Shown here one piece after another: positions 52,699 through 64,000 of a DNA stretch of 64,000 bases. The notes under the pieces are model-generated. The model did not search any database. It was not told the DNA's origin and saw only the letters and a program-made list of their open reading frames with translations. The translations under genes were made by a program, and so were the position numbers. This DNA comes from Octopus vulgaris (Eukaryota): NCBI GenBank assembly GCA_951406725.2, contig OX597819.1:94860001-94924000 (forward strand), given 5' to 3'. Within the stretch, counting starts at the first letter, position 1. Each line of letters opens with the position of its first letter.

Positions 52699-53594
52699 TT
52701 GCTGCTGCTGCTGTTGTTGTTGTTGTTGCTGTTGCAGCTGTTGCTGTATTTGTTGTTGCTGTTGTTGTTGTTGGTGCTGCTGTTGTTGTTGTTGCAACTG
52801 TTGCTGTTGTTGATGCTGATGAAGCTGTTGTTGTTGATGAAGCTGCTGTTGTTGCTGCTGCTGCTGCAGCTGTTGTTGCTGCTGCTGCTGTTGTTGTTGC
52901 TGTTGCTGTTGTTGTTGTTGTTGTTGTAGTAATGCAGTAGCAGCTTCATGATAGAGCGATTGTGATTGAAACTGGGGTGTAGAACTGTTTGTTAACATGG
53001 GCGTGGCTTTAACAGCTGAAGATTCAACCATCTCTGCTGCAGACTGATAATCAGTTGAAGAATTGTTCAGTTGTTGATGTGAGGTGGCTGTTGTCTGCTG
53101 CAGTTGCTGTGCCTGGTTCTGGAAGTCCTCACTGGTGTGCATCTCCATTGCTGTGGCACCCATCGATGAAGATGACAGTAACTGGTCAGATGCCATGCGC
53201 GTAGAAGACAAAAAGGCATCAGTTGATGGCTGGAGCTGACTGGTGGTCTGGAAATTGTGATCTGATGATGACTGGGGAAGATTAGTGGACTGGAACGAAA
53301 TATTTGAATGAATCTGCTGGGGGGACTGGACTGGGGAGTTTTGAAGAGAAGTCTGTGAATGAAAATGGCTAGAGGAATCAAGTTGGGAAGGAAAATTTTC
53401 AGACGGATGGCTCTGTTCATGAAAGGATGAAGGGAAAGCACACTTTGTGTCAGTAGTGGATTCTTGATCTGGAAAACTGGATGGTACTGGCACTACACCA
53501 TTGGTTGAAGGGAACAGATTCGACAATATCAGTTCAGGTGGAACTTGTAATCCAGATGTCTGCGAGTTCTGTTGCAGCAACCGAAAAACCTCAG
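52299..53594 (-). CDS. Large coding exon (1296 nt, phase 1-1): Ser/Gln-rich low-complexity region with polyQ, probable transactivation domain
   Basis: 454-aa open frame in AT-rich surroundings with elevated GC. Acceptor ttttgtattgcag, donor T|GTGAGT. Confidence 0.9.
52630..52926 (-). repeat. Coding mixed CAA/CAG repeat (about 99 codons, mostly Gln)
   Basis: Direct translation in the exon frame. Confidence 0.92.
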
Positions 53595-54461
53595 CTGCAA
53601 TACAAAAGATAGAATCACAATAAAAAAAAAAAAGATAGTATAAAAAATCAACCACAGCTCACACAGAGCCTCTCTATAGTTGTATGAACTACACATTTAT
53701 GTTACCCTGCTACAGAATAATATATAATTTTTTACAAAACACTGTTAAGTAAGGTTAAGCTATTATGAACACAAACACACAAGGCTTTGATTTCAAAACA
53801 TTGATTCAGTAGTGCTGGTTAGTTCTACTCAAGGATACATATGGTAATCAAACCATTAAAATTGAAAATATTATTCTTCCAAAAGTAACACAAAAATCTA
53901 AAGAGATTAGTCATGTTAATGCAGCAATAAAAGTTAGCTTAATAAAGTTTTTAAAATTGATGCAAGCAGTTGAGATGAAAATTCTAACATTTTGAGCAGC
54001 AACATACATTTTCAGGAAATGGGTTTGAATTTTAAAATGTTTTTTAAAGGATTCTAAATTTTCTATGAAAATATCAGAATTTGGGCTTTTCTTTGGAGAA
54101 TGAGTACTAGGTAAAGTATGAACATTCTGGTTTTTTTTTCTACATTAGACATTGATGTTATATAATTTAAATAATTTATATGATCTACAATGTAGAGTTG
54201 GTTGTATGATATGCAATGTATTAATGAGAGCAGGTTGACCATAGATTGAATGTTTTGCTGATTACTGCAGAAAAGACAAGGCAGTGTAATAGTAAACACA
54301 TTTTGTTCCAGCAAGACTTTATTACTGCTTCCTGAGGCAAAATTATTACTTAGTTGCTCTAATCTTCTTAGTATAAAGTGGTTGATTAAATTAAGTAGTG
54401 ATTATTGATTGATTGACTTTCTCATACAGAAAAAATAATAATACAAACAACAACAACAATG

Positions 54462-54548
<87 letters not shown>
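54462..54548. repeat. Compound (CTA)n(TGA)n microsatellite, intronic
   Basis: Directly visible. Confidence 0.9.
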
Positions 54549-54550
<2 letters not shown>

Positions 54551-56042
54551 GATTAAAAATTTTTCCATGAAGTTGACAGATGAGGTGACATCACAGATTA
54601 CATGAAAAATGAAAGCTAGTTAATAGAAATAATCACGAGAGAAACAGCCATGAAAACATGATATAAATAAGCAAGAAAACATCCCAATAGGGGACACCCA
54701 CCTGGGGCCTATGGATAAATGTTATATATCCTGGATTACTTTGACAACCAAGATATGTACTCTCTCACAGCTTCTGTCTTGTCTTACAAGCATATACTGA
54801 GAGTTCATTCACTCATATCATGTTCATCACCTTCACCCAACTTTTTGCAAATTTATTGGAAGGTAGCATTTTTCTTTCTATCCTCAGGTTCCATTCCAAG
54901 TGAGGGAAGTGTTTCCCTGCAGATCATTTAATATCTACCACCACACTACCAGACAAGAAAGGAAAGATGTCTGCCCTCCTGTGAGAAAGCACGGCATCTA
55001 GGTTAACCTTCACATTAGACTTGGCTTATTCTAGATCCATCCAAAACAATGGCTGTTCAACAGAATTCCACAAGCTAGTAATACTTGGGCACTGATTGAG
55101 TCTATATCTGCATTAGTTGATACAGAAAATCTTGTTGGTATCTGACAGAGAGTAGGAACTACTTAAGCAAAGTTGTGAGACTTCTACACACCACTTGCCT
55201 ATTAAGTGCTCCCAAACAATCCCAGCAAGCTTCTAAGATATCATTCCTACGTTCCACTGACTCTAATGAGCAACATGTTCTCAAGAAGGTTTTTAGATGT
55301 CTGATAAAATTTGGACACTCTGACTGAATCATGCATAAATAAGCCACTAAATAGAAGGACCATATTTTCTGTAGTTTATGTCCAGGATCACAGACTTACA
55401 ACAGAAGGTTCAGGATGAATAGGTAATCCAAGCTTCTTGGCAGTGGGATCTTGAAAGTCCCCTCAAAATTCTTTTGTCTCTGATTTATTTAAACATTCTT
55501 AATTGTTGATTTTACTAGAAATCTTTGGGTGGATGTTTTGATTAGGTACTTTGACATCCTATACTTCTATAGTATAGGATGTCAAATAATAATAATAATG
55601 GCATGTGGCTGTCTTGTCTTAGCTAAGAATACACACATATGTACATACACATGCACACATATATATATAAGCAAGACAGAGTTGAGGGCTTTTATACACA
55701 AGAAATTAGGCCAGCATTATGAAATATCACCAGAATAGGTCTAAGAGACTGGACAAAGCATCTGTTACTTGATGATATGCCAATCCACATAGATTGTTCA
55801 AGTTAAGTCAGTCAGACATTATTATCAATGACCAGAAGAAGAGGAAGTCCCATTTAATCAAAGTATCAGTCCTAACTAAAAGAATTTTAGAAATTATCTA
55901 AATATAAAATCATGTAACAGAGATAACTGGAATGTGAGGATCAAAACAGGAAAAAAATATCCTTTAATAGGTGCCTAGTGAATGATTTAAAAACATGCTA
56001 ACAAACACATAACAGACAATAACACAACAAAATTACACTTAC

Positions 56043-56123
56043 TTATATTCTGACCAATAGGCATTGGCTGTAACTGGGGTGGTTCTACTTCCATTGGGGT
56101 TTCTGTCTTAGGGAGTGGTTCCA
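56043..56123 (-). CDS. Internal coding exon (81 nt, phase 1-1) of the Q-rich gene; upstream exons probably lie beyond the window
   Basis: Branch point and acceptor ttCTAACatttcag, donor AA|GTAAGT. Encodes xEPLPKTETPMEVEPPQLQPMPIGQNI and splices in frame to ...TEVFRLLQQ. Missed by the ORF track. Confidence 0.8.
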
Positions 56124-58035
56124 CTGAAATGTTAGAAATGAAGAATAGTTTAAGGTGCCAAAGTAAAGAGATGCAAGAATATATAATCTAAGAGGGGCAA
56201 GGAAGAGAAAAATCAATAAGGTAATGAGTAACAGCCTATCAGCTAAACAATAATAGAAAAAAAAATTTAATAATAATAAAAATAACCATACTGTTTAGGA
56301 GAGTCTTCTTCAAGGAATGAATGTAAAAAAGTTGAAGGATTTTTTTCCATTTGCCCCCAATTTTTTGAGGGATAAAATTTCAAAAAAAGGAATTAAATTC
56401 ATTAAAAAAATTTCTTTTCAAAGCTTTTGTTTTGGGAAAAAGAAAAAGTAAAAAAAAAAAAGGAAATTGTGAGTTTTCTGAAGTATTTCTGTGTGATTTC
56501 TCTCCCAGTGCTCTCTCTCTCTCTCTCTCTCACTCTTTCTATTTTTCTCTCATGTTTGTCTATATATATTTTAGTAAATGAACCTTGGTCAATGCAAATA
56601 AATTTAAATTAGTGTGAGCAATACATATATGTGTGCGTGCAGTCACATGCACATATGTATGTGTACACTTACACACACACACACTATTTAATGTACATAA
56701 GATGGGACAAGCCAAGAAACTTCAAGGCAAAGAGTGAAGTATATGATTCACATACTGTCCATGACTGGCAATGTTGTTACTCAAATTTTCATTGATTAGT
56801 TAGATAATATCTTCAAGAGAGACATTTGTGACATAATCCAAATTATTATCAGATGACCAAAATATATGAATATATATATATAGAGGTCTTTTATGAAACC
56901 ATTTTGGAAAATGTTTACTAACTTCTCTTAGCTGAGTGATAAATTTCCAAGCTAATCTCTCTCTCTCTCCCTCCCTCCCTCCCTTACTCTCTCTAGTATA
57001 AGTGTGTGTGGCAGGGGGCTACATTATATATAGGATAGAACTAAAGTTACAGTTACCATGCAGACTTGTTACTGCCTACACTTGTTTAAACCCTGCAACA
57101 TTTCAACAGAAACTTGTTGAAATGACAATTTCTGTAAGCCTAGGATCAAGTATTTAAATATTTTGGGGAATATATAAGTCTCATCCTCCTCATCATTTTA
57201 ATGTCCACTTTTCCATGCTGGCAAATGGCAAACAGAATTTGTTGACACAGATTTTCTATGGCTAGATGTCCTACCTGTTGTCTTACCTAACCTATTTCCA
57301 AACTAAGTAATACTCCCCCATAGCTGAACATGTCCACACAGAAGATTGAAACAAAAGACATTACTAATATGATGGTTACACTTGTTCAGAACTATTATGT
57401 AATGTCAATACAAGAAATACATAGACGTGTGTGTGCTGTACATGTGTGAGCATGTACAGGCACAAGTGTGCCTCCATGGTTAAATAGTTTGCTTCTCAAC
57501 TATGTGGTTTCAAGTTCAATCCCATTAAATGGCATGGCACCTTGAGCAAGTGTCTTCTATTACAGGCTTGAATCAAACAAAGCCTTGTCAGCAGATTTGG
57601 TAGAAGGAAACTGAAAGAAACCTATATATACATACACATAGGTGCATGGGTGTATACGTTTTAGTTCCTCCCTGTTTTCACATTGTACAATAATTGTAAA
57701 TGAATGTCATGTTCATACAAGTGGTGTCATTCATTTCCATTCTTCTATAAAAACTTGTTTGGGCATGGAGCAATATCACCTTCTTTGGAAACATGTGAAG
57801 ACCAACAACAGGAAGGGCATCTGGCCATAGAAAATTCTACCTCAATGAATTCTGTCTAATCCATACACACATGGAAAAGTGGATATTAAAATGGTAATGA
57901 TGAATGAACAAACGAACAAACAAATGTAGGTATGCACATACATAGGGATAAAAAGTTTTGGGTAGTTTACAGAAAAGTATATTGGTAATAAGGAACAATT
58001 CCTTTGTTTCATATGATTAACCTTATTATTACTAC

Positions 58036-58067
<32 letters not shown>

Positions 58068-61000
58068 ACATACATACATACATACATATACATACACACA
58101 TAAATAGATATATATATGTATACATGCATACACATTCATAAATAAAGTCTTTATGAAAGGATTCAATACTTCTAATAGAATCAAATTTATAATAGCTACT
58201 GGGCCGAGGCAAGGTGATTTCAAGTTTTGCCTCCAGTTGTTTATTCACTCAGACTGGTTGAATAAACTATTACAGGTAAAACTTGAAGTCCCATTCAACT
58301 CAATATACACACATGCATGCATGCGTGCACACACGTTTTTCTTTTGCATACATACATATCTGTGAATATATTTAATGCATGTACACACACAAAGAGATAA
58401 TTCTTGGTCATGGAACTTTAAGCAAGATCAAGAAGAAAACTTGGACTATATTGTAATATTCATCTCTCTTTTGATTTTGCGGCTCTTTTTTTCTTCTTGT
58501 TATTCTCTCTCTCTCTCTCTCTTACTTCCTTCTCTCTTTCAGGCACAGTGATTCAAAATGAAGTGATTGTTGCTATTTCCTTGCTACCAGGTCAGGCTTG
58601 GATGACTGAAGATTTAACAGACACTCCATTTGTTGTATATGTGTACATACAGTTACACAGACAAATTATCTTCTTAATGTACCCTCCCCCCCTCACACGC
58701 ATATTTTCCCTTGGATGCAAACACCTGCAATCTCTTTCTTTCTCTCTCCCATGCTGTCACTCACACACAAAAAAAAATCATACTTTGCTTGTTATTTGCC
58801 ACATATATATTAACATAAACACACAAAAGAAAGAATCTTTAAAAAAAAAAAAATTATCTAATATTTTCTTGACGTAAATATTCTGCAAAGACTTTCCATT
58901 GTTTTCAAGACTTGTTGGGAGGGGAATGAAAAAAAAATTAATTCAGCAAGATAGGGTACAAGGCCATAGCCATAATAGGTGAGAAGAAATGTGACAGATG
59001 TAATTATCTCATTTCTCCTTTCCTACAACTATTTCAATTTATTTGCTTCTGAAGCTGACTCTTCTGAACAATATGGAAACCAGAGAAGTTAAAAGAAGAT
59101 TTTAAGTGTGTGTGAGTGTGCACATATGTGTACAGCTGTGTTAATTATACTTATGTATTGTACATTTGTACAGTACATAAGAATTTATGATGAGAAACCT
59201 TTTAATATATGCTCAACACTAATCTTGTGTGTGTGTGTTTGTGAGGGATAAAGAGGGAGGGAGAAAGAGTGTGTAAAATCTTGTATGCATATGTATAATG
59301 AATATATGAAAACCGACAAACATTGATCTATAGTGAACAACCCTAATACCTTTCAAGAATGGTTTGCATTTGAATGAAATTACATGAATGAAGAAAAAAT
59401 TGGCTCTGATAGGATTTGAACACAAAATGTAAAAGAACAAAATTAAATAATTTAAGATTGTTTGTCTTGTACTCAACAACTTAAGCCACTCCACAATCAT
59501 GTATATTTTACTATTCTAACTATTCCAGTGAAGGAACATCTACAGGGATCATTTGATGTGTATTTGAGAAAAGGCAACTAAATCTCTCTGAAGTTACACT
59601 CTACTGCTTTAAAAAAGGAAAGGTCAACAACAAAATAGCTACTGGACAAACAATAACAACCAATGACAGAGTTTCTAAGTAGTAACTTGAATTGTTCAAC
59701 ATAAGCAGCCAAATTGTCATTATGTTTTGATTAAGTCACTAAAAGTTAAAAGTTACACAATAGCATGCTTCATTATAATAATTATATGGCTTATGTCTTG
59801 AAACATTAACTGAAACATTCAGTTAACCACAACAGTGTCAAAGGTCAACTCATGCACACTTGACAAAGGATACTTAATGACAACGCCAATAATAACTTTT
59901 AAAAACATTTTGTAATATAATGCTTGCCGTAAACAAACAACCAGTAAGCAAAAGAAACCAATACACAGTTTTTGTGCAACCTGCTGAAGACAGCAGTGAT
60001 ATTTCCCTCAAATCACAGTCTATTGTCTTAAAAAAAAATAATACGGATCAGATAATTTTCTGCCAGATATAGAAAAAAGACAGGATGCTCCAATACCTTT
60101 GACTATATAACTGCTCAGTCAAGATTGACATGGGACTAAACAACAACGATCAGGCACTGAAACATTGCATGGTGAGAGAGCCCAATGATCCCTTCTCCAA
60201 CTTGAAAGTCTGATACAAATTGAGAACAGATGCTGTTAAGAACAAAGATAAGACAAGAAACTTTTGATTCAAATTCGTAGAACTGACATTTTTGCCTGAC
60301 ATTCTTCCAGTGAAGCTCCTCTATTATTAAACATTTTCTAACTGGCATGAAATACCTCAGCTTATAATACTTGCCCAGTGAAAACATTCAGTCTGACTAT
60401 CACCAATGAGCAGGTGATGTTTGTACATCGAACAACTTGCACCCTGTACATACTGAACCATCCTTTCTCTTCATATATACATTATGGATATATTGTACAC
60501 ACACACTCACTCCCCATATATAATGTTCTTACATAACAACCAAATTACTTTAGTGCCAGACCTTTAAGTCTAATAGTATCAATATCAACAATTATAAATA
60601 TAAGTAAAAGTAAGAAAACATAACTTCATCAAATTTGCAAGCAAACATCTCTGTTTAATCACACCCACAACACACAATAAATGACCATAAATACTTCAAA
60701 TACTAAGAGTATATAATTATGTTTTTTTTTGTGTTTCTGTAGTGCATATGCCTGTGTGAAAAAAAAGTACATTGAAAAAATCTTTTTGTTTCTTTTTTTT
60801 TTGTATCAAAAATAAAATAAAAAGGACTGATACAGGTTTGCAGTTGAAATATGCTAAGTCTGATGTATGAGTATATTAATATGCAGTAATTGGGATAACA
60901 AACCCATATTTATTCTACATACTATGTGGTTTATCGATGCAAATCCTTGACAAGTACAGTCCTCTTAATATGTGGCAGGCAACATACAACCTTCAGAAAT

Positions 61001-64000
61001 GGGTTTGTAATCCCACTTACACCACAATATATGTGTGTGTGTGTGTGTGTGTGTACATATTATATGTATTTGTGTCAATAGGGGGGAAAATCAAGTGAAC
61101 AGAGAAACTAGCAAAGGATAGTTGCCAGGGAGTTTTGTATGACTATAAAGTAGAATTGTTTCATTTACTTTACATGAAGCAAGAGAAACTTAAATAAAAA
61201 CTTAATCTAAATAATTTAATTAGGATCAGATTTGTTTTTTAAGGAGCATAAAATAACTTTTACATAAAAATCTGCAATAAAGAAAAAATAAATCATTCAT
61301 ATAAATTCAAAATATATAAAAATTTATTATAACTAATAAAATAACTGCTCAATAGTTTGCTGAGTGATTAGCTCAAAACTCTTTTGTTTAGTTAAATTTG
61401 ATCATTCTAAACATGTTTAGTAATCTGTTTTAACATATCGCTTGAAAAGATCTAAGGTCTGAAAATAGAGTTGTTTAGGATATACTGATGTTAAATGTTA
61501 TAAACAAACAACACTAGTTTCAAAGGAAAAAAAAACCAACTTAGCAAATATCACCAATTGGAGAAGAAAAAAAAGTAAATGGTTATTAGACTAAGCTTCT
61601 ATCTATTAGCAAATGATGTCTCAGATGCCTTTTTCTGTTTATAAGAATAAAAGTGTAAAAGGAAGTTGTCTAGGTCACAACTGGTAGAATTCTTCATATT
61701 GATATTAAGTACTAACTGTTGTTTTACTATTGTAATGTTAAATTCAGTCTTCAGTAAGGATGTAATAATAAAAAAAGAGGCTAAATCTTAAAAAAATAAT
61801 TTGTCTACCTAAAACTTGGGGAAAAATAGCCTGTTACATTCAAAAGAGTTTTGGTAATAACTCAAGCAATGGATCTGAGTGAAAAATTTTTGTCTAATTA
61901 AATACTGGAAGATATTTTCATTTTAAATACAAATATATTTTGCTTGTTTTGTCATTTATATAGAATGATTTTGGAATTTTTTTTGTAAAGAACAGAAAAA
62001 GAAAGTTATAAAAGTGAACCAAAAAAAAATGACATTCAAAGAATTTTTCTATATGAATAATTCTACAATTTGGTAAACAAATCAAAATATTCATAATGAG
62101 AATATTAGGAGTGAGATATTTTTTAGTGCGTAGAATGGTTCACAACCTGTCATGCTGCTCTGCCCAGTAGCAGCTCTCAACATGAACTTTGTCCATTAGA
62201 GTTAGGAATCAAGGACACTCTGGCAGCACGCTTGTGGCCGGTTGTATAGGCTACATGGAAGATTGCAAACAATTAGCAAACCCCAGCCCCTCAGCGTCAG
62301 AAACAAATATATATGTAAAAAAAATATTGTTAAAAAAATAAACAACAATGAACATAACATAAAAATATATATATATATATATTTTATATATATATATATA
62401 TACATACACACACACACATATATATATAAATATATATATGTACATACATATATATATATATATACATATATCACAGTTCTTATAGCATAGAGAAATACAG
62501 ATAAGCAGGATTTTCAAAACACCCACAGATTAAATGTATTTTTATCAGATTCAAGAGGAAATGATAAGAATCACTATAGAAAAATGATCAAAATAGGAAA
62601 TGTAGAGTATTTAAAACCTGCTTTCCGTACTATTCCATGCTTTTTGAGGTTTGAAGAACAAAAAATGTTTTTCTTACAGTACCTCCAGTTAGAATTGGAA
62701 TCCCATGTCCTGCATGAAGCTTCATTTAAACTCAACCTCCTCAGAGCAATGAAGTTTATGGTAATTTGTTCGAATGGAAGCTTTTCAAAGCAAGAGCACG
62801 TCAGTTTTACCATCTATTTTCTCATCTGCCATTTTTGAGTGGAATTATATGGGTAAGGGATTTTGGGGTGTTTTCAGAGCATAGCATAACTTATATATTT
62901 AAGAAAACAGCAATAACTGAGTCCATCATTTAAATTCTACTTCTCTCATCTCTGGCTTATTTCATTTTATACAGTATAGACAAGTAATTTCTAAATTTTC
63001 CACAAGCCATAGTTCCTGGCCAATAAGTATAATATAAACCTTACTTTTGATTACATAACTTCAATAAATAGAAAACTGATATGGTATCAAACCTTTAGAC
63101 ATGTGCATCATTTGTAAAATATAGAAGCATTTGGAAATATTGCAGTTAAATACAGTAGAAATGCACCACTTCTCTTAACACAAAATAAATGAATAAATGC
63201 TCAGGCATATCAACATGCAGAAGATACTTGGGATATGATTCCATATTTCTGAACATAAGAAATACCTAGTCTATCTTCTGAAATTTTTAACTAATTACTA
63301 AATACTGAATCACTGTCTCAGTCATAACAGATCAAAAGACAAGATCAATACTATCCAATAGCATAGAAAAGCAATATGTTTAAAACCCATTGAGGTGCTC
63401 TTAGAGTAAAGTTAGTCCTTTGCTTTGTTTATACAAGATTAGTAAGCAGTGAGTAATCTTTTGGAAATAATTCTGAGTAGCTTGAAGTATGTTTTAGAGA
63501 TTAACAACATAGAGAAGCAAAGACAAAAAGTTTACAGAAGAGCATGTATAAACTGGCAATTCCAGAGGAGTAAAAGTTATTTATAAATGTAAAGTGCCGA
63601 GACAGTTACAATATTTGAGCCAAATATTGAAAGACAGTGGTGAAAATTTCATCTAAATCTGTAATATAGAACATAAAGTTAACAATAGTAAAAGTTTGTA
63701 GAAGTTTTTCACTATTTTCATATTCACACTGCCAAGTGGTATGCATAACTTGGTATCATGTTGAATCAAATCACAAGTAACATTTAATTTATTTTAAAAG
63801 AGATAAAGCGACCTAGTGTAAAAAAAAATAGTTGAACCTCCAGGAACAGGAGAGTGATTCAGTCAAAAGTAAAGGATGTAATTTTAAAATATGCTCTGCT
63901 CCGAAAACAAAATACTACAATTTTGAGTCTTGAACAAGTAAATTTCAATTTGTAATTCAACAATCAAAATTGTTAAATCATTTTTACTTTAACCAAATAT

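Noticed and set aside
52605-52949. Alternative-frame poly-N, poly-L, poly-C and poly-V/A ORFs
   Set aside because: Shadows of the CAA/CAG tract. Only the Gln frame is open throughout and matches splice phases.
62574-62838. Short ORFs near the window end as gene exons or piggyBac transposase
   Set aside because: No convincing splice pair in frame and only a faint motif resemblance.

Overview
AT-rich, microsatellite-dense eukaryotic DNA with no prokaryotic features. The repeat families and composition suggest a coleoid cephalopod (octopus-like) genome; this is inference. One host gene is visible: the 3' part of a minus-strand gene whose four coding exons I could splice in frame (56123-56043, 53594-52299, 49424-49248, 47723-47557, all phase-1 GT-AG). 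It encodes a Ser/Gln-rich tail with a ~99-codon polyQ region and an Asn-rich C-terminus, tentatively NFAT5-like. The rest is a layered set of transposon remnants: Gypsy, hAT with a nested HERO-like LINE, tandem Helitrons, a foldback element, Penelope-like RT, R4-like, mariner, RTE, CR1/L2-like, Tigger and MITEs, plus a ~68-copy 30-bp minisatellite. The most notable observation is a young 431-bp tandem repeat (22224-22995). Each copy carries a complete type I hammerhead ribozyme with an unusually long stem II and a palindromic stem III, making it a candidate retrozyme or Penelope-type circular-RNA-producing element. Most ORFs in the track are microsatellite artefacts. All alignments and folds were done by eye.
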